Below, piece after piece: positions 9,015-17,873 of a stretch of 64,000 nucleotides of DNA. This DNA comes from Candidatus Nomurabacteria bacterium GW2011_GWD2_36_14 (GTDB taxonomy: Bacteria > Patescibacteriota > Minisyncoccia > Phycocordibacterales > UBA9973). Location: the NCBI GenBank assembly GCA_000991405.1, contig LBRL01000001.1, positions 3,744-67,743 on the forward strand, written 5' to 3'. A program made the translations under genes and the position numbers. The notes beneath the pieces are model-generated. The model did no database searches, was not told the origin of the DNA, and saw only the letters and a list, made by a program, of their open reading frames with translations. Every line of letters begins with the position of its first letter. Position 1 is the first letter of the stretch.

Positions 9015-9560
9015 ATGAAATATAAAGGTTATAGAGTAGGTTCAGTTGAAAGAGAATTATTGAAAGTAATTCTTAGTGTTAAAGATAGGGAATTATCTAA
9101 TAAATACGATGAATCTTTTTCTGATATTTTTAAAACTGCTCGTCAGAAATATCAATATTCTGAGACAGTAAATAGAATGGAGAAAAAAGGTCTAATTCAA
9201 TTTGTTAATAAATATGGTGAATTAAAGATCACCATAAGCCCAAAAGGGCACAAAATAATAAAAAGTCTTATGTTGTCTGATTATAAGCAGATTAAAAAGC
9301 CTGTAAAATGGGACGGTAAATGGAGGATGGTTATGTTTGATATTCCTGAAGATAAGACTAAGTTACGTAATATAATTAGATTTCATTTAAAAAAGATTGG
9401 TTTCCTTCAGGTTCAGGGGAGTGTTTGGGTATATCCTTATCCATGCGAAGAAATTGTAACGATTATAAAAACTAACTTCAATTTTGATGATGAAATTATT
9501 TATGTAACTATTAATTCATTTGATAAAGATTTAAAATTTAAAAAATTATTCAAATTATAG
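9015..9560 (+). CDS. PaaX-C / Cas2-fold domain protein (N-terminal wHTH-like region plus C-terminal Cas2/VapD-like domain); no CRISPR array nearby
   Basis: The C-terminal WRMVMFDIPEDKTKLRNIIRFHLKKIGFLQVQGSVWVYP matches the Cas2/PaaX_C pattern (hhhh.YDI....R..h.k.L...G...Q.SVa). Confidence 0.45.
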   Translation: MKYKGYRVGSVERELLKVILSVKDRELSNKYDESFSDIFKTARQKYQYSETVNRMEKKGLIQFVNKYGELKITISPKGHKIIKSLMLSDYKQIKKPVKWDGKWRMVMFDIPEDKTKLRNIIRFHLKKIGFLQVQGSVWVYPYPCEEIVTIIKTNFNFDDEIIYVTINSFDKDLKFKKLFKL

Positions 9561-9562
9561 TA

Positions 9563-9600
9563 TTTTACATTTAAGAAACGGCCGTTCGTTAAATGTAAAA
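9563..9600. repeat. 38-bp near-perfect palindrome ttttacatttaagaaacgg|ccgttcgttaaatgtaaaa; member 2 of the family
   Basis: It shares the core ttaagaaacggccgtt with 8952-8985. It has 19-bp arms with two mismatches and sits between the convergent PaaX-like and thrS genes. Confidence 0.75.
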
Positions 9601-9654
9601 TTTTAGATATTAAAAATCCAGAAGTTTTACTTCTGGATTTTTTTTACATCTCAT

Positions 9655-11409
9655 TTAATTTAATGTTCTCTCTTCGATTTCTTTCTGAAGGTTTTCTATA
9701 AATACTTCAGTTGTTATATTTTCGAGTTTTTCGGTTCTACCTTCAACTGTTATTACTTTTGCTTCTTTTTCTTTGTCACCTATGACTATTACATAAGGCA
9801 CTTTGCTCATTTTTGCGTTACGGATTCTTTTACCGAGTGATTCATTTGAGTCATCAAGCTCTACTCGGATATCTGCATCTTTCAATGCTTGGAATACAGA
9901 GTCCGCGTATTCCTTTTGATGTTCGGATATTGGCAAGACTATAACTTGAACAGGGGAAAGCCATACTGGGAAATTACCTGCCGTATGTTCTATTAATATA
10001 GACATGAATCTTTCTATTGAGCCCATGATGGCAGCGTGAAGCATTACAATTCTTTCCTTTTCTCCTTTTTCATTTGAGCAAGTTAGGTCAAATCTTTCTG
10101 GCATATTCATATCAAGCTGAATTGTTGCAACTTGCCATTGTCTTCCAAGTGAATCTTTTGCCATAAAATCAAGCTTAGGTCCATAAAAAGCTGCTTCTCC
10201 TACACCATCTAAAGCAACAACATTTTTTTCTTTTATTATTTCTCTAAGAACACTTTCTGCTTGTTTCCATTTTTCATCACCACCCAAATATTTTTCCATA
10301 TGTTCTGGATCGTGGGTTGACAATCTGACTTCTAGATTAAATCCAAAAGAAGGATAAAAACTATGAATTACATCCCAAATTTTTAAGAATTCTTCTTTAA
10401 CTTGATTCATTCTACAAAATACATGAGCATCGTCCTGAGCAAAAGAACGTACTCTCGAGAGTCCCGATAGTTCTCCTGATTGTTCATCTCTATAACATGC
10501 TGTTGTGTTGGCATATCTTTGTGGAAGCTCACGATAACTCCATGCTTTTCTTGCATAAATTTGTGTGTGGTGAGGGCAATTCATTGGCTTCATTGCAAAT
10601 TCATGACCTTCACGTGTTGTAATACGGAAAAGTTCATCTTTAAACTTATCCCAGTGTCCACTTGTCTCATATAAATCCTTTTTTGTTATATGTGGAATTT
10701 CAACCTTACTGTATCCAAAATTTTTTCTAAGCTCCCAGACATACTCATCAAGGAGATTTCTCATTAAAGTTCCCCTAGGTGTCCAAAGGGGTAGTCCAGA
10801 TCCAACTAATTCTGAAAAAGTAAATAAATCTAATTCTTTCCCTAATTTTTTATGATCCCTTTTCTTGGCTTCTTCTTGCATTAATATATATGCATCTAGT
10901 TCTTCTTTGGTATTGAAGGCTAGGCCGTATATACGAGTCAGCATTTTGTTCTTTTCATCCCCACGCCAGTAGGCTCCAGCTATACGATCAAGTTTCCATG
11001 AGCCTTCCTTAATATTTTTCATATTATCAATATGTCCACCACGACAAAGGTCTGCAAAATTTCCTGATTTGTATATTGTGATTTCTTCTCCTTTTTCCAC
11101 TATGCCATTTATAAGTTCTTCTTTGTATACATTACCTGCGAACATTTTCAAAGCTTCCTCTTTGGATAGAACCTTCTTTTCAAAAGTAGACCATGTTTTT
11201 AAGAGTTCTTTCATTTTAGCCTCAACTTTTTCTAAGTCAGTATCAGTAATTTTGCCTTTAATATCTACATCATAGTAGAAACCATTGTCTACGGCTGGGC
11301 CAAGAGTAATCTGTGATCCTGGGTAAAGTTCCATGATAGATGCCCCTAGTAAATGAGCCAGAGAGTGGCGCTTGTGTTCTAGTTCGTTTATATTTTCCAT
11401 ACCATACAT
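9655..11409 (-). CDS. thrS: Threonyl-tRNA synthetase (short form lacking the N-terminal TGS domain)
   Basis: Class II core CPHHTQIYARKAWSYRELPQRYANTTACYRDEQSGELSGLSRVRSFAQDDAHVFC, and a C-terminal anticodon-binding domain. Confidence 0.9.
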   Translation of the reverse strand: MYGMENINELEHKRHSLAHLLGASIMELYPGSQITLGPAVDNGFYYDVDIKGKITDTDLEKVEAKMKELLKTWSTFEKKVLSKEEALKMFAGNVYKEELINGIVEKGEEITIYKSGNFADLCRGGHIDNMKNIKEGSWKLDRIAGAYWRGDEKNKMLTRIYGLAFNTKEELDAYILMQEEAKKRDHKKLGKELDLFTFSELVGSGLPLWTPRGTLMRNLLDEYVWELRKNFGYSKVEIPHITKKDLYETSGHWDKFKDELFRITTREGHEFAMKPMNCPHHTQIYARKAWSYRELPQRYANTTACYRDEQSGELSGLSRVRSFAQDDAHVFCRMNQVKEEFLKIWDVIHSFYPSFGFNLEVRLSTHDPEHMEKYLGGDEKWKQAESVLREIIKEKNVVALDGVGEAAFYGPKLDFMAKDSLGRQWQVATIQLDMNMPERFDLTCSNEKGEKERIVMLHAAIMGSIERFMSILIEHTAGNFPVWLSPVQVIVLPISEHQKEYADSVFQALKDADIRVELDDSNESLGKRIRNAKMSKVPYVIVIGDKEKEAKVITVEGRTEKLENITTEVFIENLQKEIEERTLN

Positions 11410-11453
11410 AATAGCATATTTGCATTTTAAGTAAAAATCAGTATACTATTTAT

Positions 11454-11669
11454 ATGGTAATACGAATGCGACATACACGAGCCCATACAGGGAATCGTCG
11501 ATCACATCACGCTTTAAAAGCAAAGACTTTTGCTGTCTGTACTAATTGCGAACAGCCTAAGGAAACTCACATTGTTTGCAAGAACTGTGGCTTTTATCGT
11601 GGCCGTAAGGTAGTAGATGTGGTTAAGAAAATGGAGAAAAAACAAGCTAAGAAAAAGAGTAGTAAGTAG
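11454..11669 (+). CDS. rpmF: 50S ribosomal protein L32
   Basis: RHTRAHTGNRRSHHALK...CxxC...CKNCG is the bL32 zinc-ribbon pattern. The true start may be the Met at 11466. Confidence 0.7.
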   Translation: MVIRMRHTRAHTGNRRSHHALKAKTFAVCTNCEQPKETHIVCKNCGFYRGRKVVDVVKKMEKKQAKKKSSK

Positions 11670-11746
11670 TGAGCAGTAGGTAGTAAGGTCTGTGTATCTT
11701 GCTACTTGCTACATTCTACATACTTCGAAATTTATATTATATAAAT

Positions 11747-12652
11747 ATGGCAAACAGGCACCTTTCACGTTCAATTGTTCTTCAGACACTCTTCGAGTGG
11801 GATTTTGCTGTTGAGAAGGATACCACCCCCGAGGAGATGCTCGAGCGTAATATACAAGAATTTGGCCCAGGTCTTGATGACTCTCACTTTATGGGTGAGA
11901 TATTTCAGGGTATCATAAAGAAAAAGGTAATTATAGATGAGATTCTTGAGAAGGCTGCTCCTGACTGGCCTATCGACAAGATTTCTATCATAGATAGGAA
12001 TATTCTTCGCCTAGGTTTATATGAACTTCTTTTTGGTGATAGAGAGCAAGTGCCTCCCAAGGTTGCTATCAATGAAGCTATCGAGCTTGGAAAAAGTTTC
12101 GGTGGAGAGAATTCTAGTCGTTTTATAAATGGAGTTCTAGGTGGTGTTTATAAGGAACTCGGCGAACCTGGTAAGGATGATGTAGGTACCAAGAAGAAGC
12201 ACAAGCACTTTGAAACCGACCCTGCCAAGTTCCCTATAGAGAAGAAGGCCGGCGCTGTGGTATATGCTATTAAGGATGGCCACATTTATTTTGCTTTCGT
12301 TCACGATGTCTTTGGATATTGGACTTTATCTAAGTGTGGAGTTAAAGAAAATGAGAGTGAAGAAGATGCAGCAATAAGAGCGATTAAAGTAGAGATGGGA
12401 GTAGATATAAAAATCAAAGAACTTCTTGGAAGAAGTGAATATATTGCAACTCATCCTGAGCAAGGCAAGATTCGCAAGCAAGTCTCATTTTTCTTAGGAG
12501 AAGGAGAATATAAAGAGTTGGTACTAGAGAAAGAAAATGGTGGGCTCGATGGTACAGAGTGGTTCCCAATGGAAGAAGTTGCCAATTTGAAAATTTACGA
12601 CAACATGATTCCACTTCTGACAAAGGCTGTAGAAATATTAACAAAAGAATAA
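11747..12652 (+). CDS. nusB: Transcription antitermination factor NusB with a ~150-aa C-terminal Nudix-like extension
   Basis: The N-terminal LSRSIVLQTLFEWDF...ILRLGLYELLF...INEAIELGKSFGGENSSRFINGVLG is NusB. The C-terminal GVKENESEEDAAIRAIKVEMGV is a degenerate Nudix box. The start was moved to the ATG at 11747. Confidence 0.8.
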   Translation: MANRHLSRSIVLQTLFEWDFAVEKDTTPEEMLERNIQEFGPGLDDSHFMGEIFQGIIKKKVIIDEILEKAAPDWPIDKISIIDRNILRLGLYELLFGDREQVPPKVAINEAIELGKSFGGENSSRFINGVLGGVYKELGEPGKDDVGTKKKHKHFETDPAKFPIEKKAGAVVYAIKDGHIYFAFVHDVFGYWTLSKCGVKENESEEDAAIRAIKVEMGVDIKIKELLGRSEYIATHPEQGKIRKQVSFFLGEGEYKELVLEKENGGLDGTEWFPMEEVANLKIYDNMIPLLTKAVEILTKE

Positions 12653-12660
12653 TTAATTTT

Positions 12661-13356
12661 ATGATTGATTTTTCCCAATTTGAAAAAAAGACAAAAATAG
12701 TTTTTAAAGACAAAAAGCTTCTCGAGCAAGCGTTTATTCACCGTTCCTATATCAATGAGAATAGTGGAGGAAAACTTTGCCACAATGAACGTCTAGAATT
12801 CCTAGGTGATGCCGTCTTAGAGCTTATCGTAACTGACTATTTATACAATAAATATCCCGATAGGGATGAAGGCGAGCTGACTGCTTATCGCTCTGCTCTT
12901 GTAAATGCAATCATCATAGGTGAGATTGCATTATCTCTAGGTATGAATGATTACCTTCTTTTGTCGAAAGGTGAAGCCAAGGACATCGGCAAGGCTCGCA
13001 GTTATATACTAGCCAATACTTATGAAGCATACGTAGGAGCCGTATATCTGGATCAAGGATACGATATAGCTCGTGATTTTATTGCAAGTACTTTATTTGG
13101 TAAGATCGACGACATTGTTGCACAGAAGCTATGGCGTGATGCCAAGAGTCTTGTTCAAGAGAAAGCCCAAGAATATATCAACGTTACTCCCTCATATAAA
13201 GTTATAAATGAAGTTGGTCCTGATCATGACAAGCATTTCACTGTCGGTATTTTCTTTGGAGAGGATAAAATAGCAGAAGGTAAAGGTCACTCCAAGCAAG
13301 AAGCTGAGCAATCGTCTGCCAGAGCAGCATTAGAAGCTAAGAATTGGCTTGATTAA
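12661..13356 (+). CDS. rnc: Ribonuclease III
   Basis: The signature is ERLEFLGDAVLELIVTDYLY, followed by a C-terminal dsRBD. The start was set at the ATG at 12661, after the nusB stop. Confidence 0.9.
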   Translation: MIDFSQFEKKTKIVFKDKKLLEQAFIHRSYINENSGGKLCHNERLEFLGDAVLELIVTDYLYNKYPDRDEGELTAYRSALVNAIIIGEIALSLGMNDYLLLSKGEAKDIGKARSYILANTYEAYVGAVYLDQGYDIARDFIASTLFGKIDDIVAQKLWRDAKSLVQEKAQEYINVTPSYKVINEVGPDHDKHFTVGIFFGEDKIAEGKGHSKQEAEQSSARAALEAKNWLD

Positions 13357-15640
13357 AATGACACTAAAGTCTATCGAATTATTTGGTTTTAAATCATTCG
13401 GGAAGAAAAGTTCTCTGTCCTTTACGAATCCTATTACTTGCGTCGTCGGTCCCAATGGATCAGGTAAGTCCAACATCGTAGAAGCAATGCGTTTCGTATT
13501 AGGAGAGCAGTCTATGAAGTCTCTTCGTGGTAAAGGGGGCGTAGATCTTATATTCAAAGGTTCCAAAATGATTGCCTCTTCCAACAGAGCAGGAGTCAAT
13601 ATAACTTTTGATAATAGTCAGAAGATTTTTTCATTTACGAACAGTGGCATAGGAGTCTCGCTCGATTACGATGAAGTCACCATTGGCCGTGAAGTTTTCG
13701 CCGATGGTGCCAACAAATACAGCATCAATGGCACAGAAGTTAGACTCAAGGATGTTATTGACTTGCTTGCATCAGTCAATATTGGTTCATCAGGCCACCA
13801 CATCATTTCTCAAGGTGAAGCGGATAGAGTCCTCAATGCTTCGAACAAAGACCGCCGAAGTATGATCGAAGATGCTCTAGGATTAAAGATTTATCAATAC
13901 AGAATAAAAGAATCCGAGAGAAAGCTCGACAAGACCATTATAAACATGAAAGAAGTCACAGCACTTCGTCGCGAGATTGCTCCGCATTTAAATTTTCTAA
14001 AGAAGCAAGTTGAGAAAGTAGAGAAGGCCCGTGCCATGCGGGAGGACTTGCGTAGTCTGTACAAGGATTACTTTTCTTCCGAGTATACATATATTAGTAA
14101 CGAGGGAGCTCGTATATCAAGTAAGCGTCAGGAGCTAGACCAGAAAGCTTTAGTCTTAGATGAGAAGATAAGTGAACTCGAGAAGTTGAAGGAAGGCAAC
14201 GTTACTGAAAGTGAACTTTCTAAAATTATAAAAGAAAAGGAGTTCACTTTACATGAAGTAAGAAGCAAGAAGGACGAAATATCTCGTTCCTTAGGGCGTA
14301 TAGAGGGTATTATAGAAGGTATCGAGCATCAGTTTGCAAAGGTTCCCGAAGTCACAGAACGTATTATCAAAGAGTCTGAATGGAAGTCTTTGGTAGAAGA
14401 GCTCGAAGTGAAGATTGATGAAGCTATGCGTCTAGAAGATCTTCCTTTGGTTATAGACATCCTTCGCAACATAAAATCCAAGTTAGGAGAGTTCACACAT
14501 AGTGCCAGGGAAGCTAGCGCCGATATGCCAGCATTAGAAGATAGTGCTGAGTACAAGGAAATGCAAAAAGCCAAAGAAGAGATACTTGCCCAAGTTTCCA
14601 AGAGTAGGGAAGAAGAGTTAAGTATTATTAATGAGATAAATGATCTTAAAGAAAAAGAGCGGGAGTCAGAATCTTCCTTACGTGACAATGAACGTGCCCT
14701 TTATGATGTGCTTCGCGACAAGAACGAAGTTGTATCTGCTATTCATGGGCTCAGTTTTGAAGAAGAGCGACTTTCAGCTATCAAGAATGCTTTTGAAATG
14801 GAGCTCGCAGAAGGTGGAGTCCTTATCGGTAGAGAAGTTGTAGACTTCGCTAGGATAAAGGTAGAAGGGGAGATAATCCGTAGTACCCAAGAAGACATGC
14901 GTCGCAAGATAGAACGCATCAAGATCAAGCTCGAAGATTCTGGTAGTGGTAACGCCAGTGATATTATGAAAGAGTACGATGATACGGCCGAGCGGGATGT
15001 ATTCTTAGGTAGAGAATTAGAAGATTTGAATAAAAGTATAGATTCTCTTCGTGTTTTAATACAAGAATTAAAAGAGACTTTAGATAAAGAATTTAAGGGA
15101 GGTGTAGAGAAGATCAACAAGCAATTCCAAGACTTCTTTGCGCTTATGTTCGGAGGTGGTTCTGCGTTTCTGTCTATTACAATGGAACACAAGAAGGTAA
15201 GGAAGAGTGATGAGAAAGTTACAGAAGAAGATGAAGGCGACGAAGAAAGTGAAGACGAAGAAGATGGCAATGACTTAGGTTTTGAGCGGGGGATAGAGAT
15301 CAACGTAACTCTTCCTCAGAAGAAAGTGAAGGACTTGCATATGCTCTCCGGAGGAGAGAGATCACTGACTTCTATTGCACTTCTATTTGCAGTCTCACAA
15401 GTGAATCCTCCACCATTCTTGGTTCTCGATGAGACGGACGCAGCGCTAGATGAAGCGAACTCTCGCAAGTATGGAAATATGCTTGAGAACTTGTCCAAGT
15501 ATTCACAGCTCATAGTGGTAACTCATAATAGAGAGACTATGTCTCGAGCCCAAGTCCTCTACGGAGTGACCATGAGTGCCGAAGGCGCCTCCAAGCTCCT
15601 CTCCATCCGTCTCGAAGACGCCACAAGTTACGCAAAATAA
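13349..15640 (+). CDS. smc: SMC-family chromosome segregation ATPase (shortened, 763 aa)
   Basis: It has Walker A GPNGSGKSN, long coiled-coil regions, and the C-terminal signature LSGGERSLTSIALLFA with Walker B/D-loop LVLDETDAALD. Confidence 0.75.
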   Translation: MIKMTLKSIELFGFKSFGKKSSLSFTNPITCVVGPNGSGKSNIVEAMRFVLGEQSMKSLRGKGGVDLIFKGSKMIASSNRAGVNITFDNSQKIFSFTNSGIGVSLDYDEVTIGREVFADGANKYSINGTEVRLKDVIDLLASVNIGSSGHHIISQGEADRVLNASNKDRRSMIEDALGLKIYQYRIKESERKLDKTIINMKEVTALRREIAPHLNFLKKQVEKVEKARAMREDLRSLYKDYFSSEYTYISNEGARISSKRQELDQKALVLDEKISELEKLKEGNVTESELSKIIKEKEFTLHEVRSKKDEISRSLGRIEGIIEGIEHQFAKVPEVTERIIKESEWKSLVEELEVKIDEAMRLEDLPLVIDILRNIKSKLGEFTHSAREASADMPALEDSAEYKEMQKAKEEILAQVSKSREEELSIINEINDLKEKERESESSLRDNERALYDVLRDKNEVVSAIHGLSFEEERLSAIKNAFEMELAEGGVLIGREVVDFARIKVEGEIIRSTQEDMRRKIERIKIKLEDSGSGNASDIMKEYDDTAERDVFLGRELEDLNKSIDSLRVLIQELKETLDKEFKGGVEKINKQFQDFFALMFGGGSAFLSITMEHKKVRKSDEKVTEEDEGDEESEDEEDGNDLGFERGIEINVTLPQKKVKDLHMLSGGERSLTSIALLFAVSQVNPPPFLVLDETDAALDEANSRKYGNMLENLSKYSQLIVVTHNRETMSRAQVLYGVTMSAEGASKLLSIRLEDATSYAK

Positions 15641-15658
15641 ACCCTTGAAATAAGGGTT
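15638..15658 (+). terminator. Rho-independent terminator after smc
   Basis: The hairpin aaaccctt-gaaat-aagggttt is followed by a T-run. Confidence 0.6.
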
Positions 15659-15749
15659 TATTTTTATTGACTTTATCATATTTTCATGATATAATATACG
15701 AGAAAATTTGAAATAAATATAATAAAATATAAACCTAAAATTTTAGCTC

Positions 15750-16484
15750 ATGAAAAAATTTTTGTTACTTATCGTCATTTTTGTGCTTGCGGGCATAGCT
15801 TATTTTTTTGTTTATCTTGATGTAAACAAAAAAGAAATTAGAAAAGTTCCTCATGATCATTCTGCTGACCTAGCCAACGAGATGGGTCGTAAAAAAACAA
15901 ACATGGAAAGAGATATCTATGTAGAACTTGATCCTCCCTCTTACAAAATTAGCAATAAGGAGATCGCTAATTTTATTTATGCCGCATGGAAACTTAGTCC
16001 TTGGATTAAAAATCCAAATAGAATTTTTTACAACAAGGATTCTATAAAGTGGAATTATATCCTCTTTGGACTCGACACTAAAAATCCTACTTTTAAAGTG
16101 GCTTATGGTCACTCAATGTGGGTAACCGCGGAAGAAATTCTGAGATATAATAATTACTCGGGATATTCATCTGTGGCAACAGGAAAAATAGAAAAAAATA
16201 AAAAACCCATTTTTTTTAAGCCAAAACCAGACATGATAAGAGATCGTGGGCGAACTGATTCGAGTGGAAAATATAGACCATTTCGAACTAAAGACCAGAA
16301 GGATCAAGATTTGATTGTCTTAGCTGAACAACAAAGATTGGCAGATATACAAGCTAAAAACTTGTATGCCGATGAGTATAATAAAAAGGTACTCAAAGTA
16401 CTGATACCATTGATTTTTTTTGTTCCAATGTTGGCTGCTCTATTTTTTAAATTTCTATTTTTATGGTTTGGTAATAAAAAATAA
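15750..16484 (+). CDS. Hypothetical membrane protein with N- and C-terminal transmembrane segments
   Basis: It has hydrophobic N- and C-termini and no recognisable motif. Confidence 0.4.
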   Translation: MKKFLLLIVIFVLAGIAYFFVYLDVNKKEIRKVPHDHSADLANEMGRKKTNMERDIYVELDPPSYKISNKEIANFIYAAWKLSPWIKNPNRIFYNKDSIKWNYILFGLDTKNPTFKVAYGHSMWVTAEEILRYNNYSGYSSVATGKIEKNKKPIFFKPKPDMIRDRGRTDSSGKYRPFRTKDQKDQDLIVLAEQQRLADIQAKNLYADEYNKKVLKVLIPLIFFVPMLAALFFKFLFLWFGNKK

Positions 16485-16516
16485 TAAAAAAGAAATTTAG
16501 ATTTATAAAAAAGATT

Positions 16517-16548
16517 CAGACCGTTGCGATTTATTGCAACGGTCTTTT
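16517..16548 (+). terminator. Terminator hairpin agaccgttgc-gatttatt-gcaacggtct plus T-run
   Basis: Read directly. A related hairpin occurs at 16794-16826. Confidence 0.6.
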
Positions 16549-16586
16549 CTATTGACTATAATATACTTTCCTGATATAATACAATT

Positions 16587-16769
16587 ATGAAAAATTTTTT
16601 AATCATATTTGCAGTTGTTTTTGTTACTTTTTTTTCTAGTAGTATAGCTATGGGGAAAGAACAAGCTTCTACCAGTAGTATCAGTAATAAGTATTGTTTT
16701 GATATTTATGTGGATTTGGAGGGTAACCCTATTTTAGTTGAAATTCCTTGTCCTATCGGTAGTAGATGA
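16587..16769 (+). CDS. Small putative secreted peptide (60 aa, signal peptide, 3 Cys)
   Basis: It has a signal-like N-terminus MKNFLIIFAVVFVTFFSSSIAMG. It is bracketed by two terminator hairpins of the same sequence family. Confidence 0.25.
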   Translation: MKNFLIIFAVVFVTFFSSSIAMGKEQASTSSISNKYCFDIYVDLEGNPILVEIPCPIGSR

Positions 16770-16793
16770 TAGTTTTTAAATTGATTATAAAAA

Positions 16794-16826
16794 GGCCGTT
16801 GCGATTTGCAACGGTCATTTTATTCA
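16794..16826. terminator. Bidirectional terminator hairpin ggccgttgcgatttgcaacggtc with A-run upstream and T-run downstream
   Basis: It lies between the convergent small ORF and capA, and shares ccgttgcgattt..gcaacgg with 16517-16548. Confidence 0.55.
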
Positions 16827-16864
16827 ACTTTTTCTTTTTGAGTTAAATCCTCTTCTGCAAAGAT

Positions 16865-17872
16865 TCATTCGGGTTGGAATTTCTTATTTAAAGTTATTAT
16901 TTTACTTTCTGTATTTTTTAAAATTTTATCTTCATATTTTATTTCGAAAAGCATCCCACGCATTGTATTAGTTGAAAAATATTGATCGAAGATAAAGTTA
17001 CCAAGTGAGTAGACTATAGGCTTGCCTTTATATTCTCCTATATCTTGTATTACGTGAGGATGGTGTCCTATGACTATATCTGCGCCATTGTCTATTATTA
17101 TTTTCGCTAGACTTTCCTGTCTTCTATTATGTATGGTTTTATATTCATCACCCCAATGTATTGAAACGATAAGTATATCAGACTCTGACTTTGCATTTTT
17201 TATTATTTCAGGTAAATGAGGATTTGTTGCTAGTAGAATTCCAGCTTTATCATCTCCTGCTTCCATCCATGCCGGCCCAACATCTGATAATCCTAGGAAA
17301 CCAAACTTAATACCATTCTTTTCTATTATAGTTGGTGTTTGCACCTCGGTATTATTTATACCGGCACCAGTTTTCAGAATTTCATTATTATAAAGTCTTG
17401 CAAGTGTATCTTTAAATGCATTTACATTCCAATCTCCTACGTGATTATTGGCAAAAGACACAATATCAAATCCTGCATTTTTCATTGCAAGAAGTATCTC
17501 TGGATCCATACGGAATGAATATTTACTTCCGACATTATTTCCGACGTCTGATACTGGCCCCTCAAGATTTCCAAAAAGGATATCAGCATCCTTAAGCTCC
17601 TGTACATTTTCAAAAAGTTTATTATAGTCTCCGTCCCAGTTCTTCTTCACAGAGGCCCCGACTCCTCTAGTAAGCATCATGTCTCCAACGAAAAACAGGG
17701 TAGTTTCTTTAGGAATTATTTCGGGTACTTTTTCTTCCGCTGTAGCTATTACTTGTGCTTTTTGTCTGTCGGCTTTAATCTCCGATATTTTATCGCTAAT
17801 CACAAAACCACACCAGAATCCAATAATCGAGATCGTGAGTATTCCTAGCCCATATGATATTTTCTTAGTCAT
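16865..17872 (-). CDS. CapA/PgsA-family metallophosphoesterase (poly-gamma-glutamate capsule synthesis-like)
   Basis: Metallophosphatase motifs FFVGDMML, GNLEGP, ANNHVGDW, IVSIHWGDEY and VIGHHPHV. Confidence 0.8.
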   Translation of the reverse strand: MTKKISYGLGILTISIIGFWCGFVISDKISEIKADRQKAQVIATAEEKVPEIIPKETTLFFVGDMMLTRGVGASVKKNWDGDYNKLFENVQELKDADILFGNLEGPVSDVGNNVGSKYSFRMDPEILLAMKNAGFDIVSFANNHVGDWNVNAFKDTLARLYNNEILKTGAGINNTEVQTPTIIEKNGIKFGFLGLSDVGPAWMEAGDDKAGILLATNPHLPEIIKNAKSESDILIVSIHWGDEYKTIHNRRQESLAKIIIDNGADIVIGHHPHVIQDIGEYKGKPIVYSLGNFIFDQYFSTNTMRGMLFEIKYEDKILKNTESKIITLNKKFQPE

Positions 17873-17873
17873 T

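Noticed and set aside
9015-9560. Considered whether the Cas2-like gene marks a CRISPR-Cas locus
   Set aside because: No cas1 or other cas genes are present. No regularly spaced direct repeats occur anywhere in the window. The protein architecture fits PaaX-C-type Cas2 homologs that occur outside CRISPR loci.
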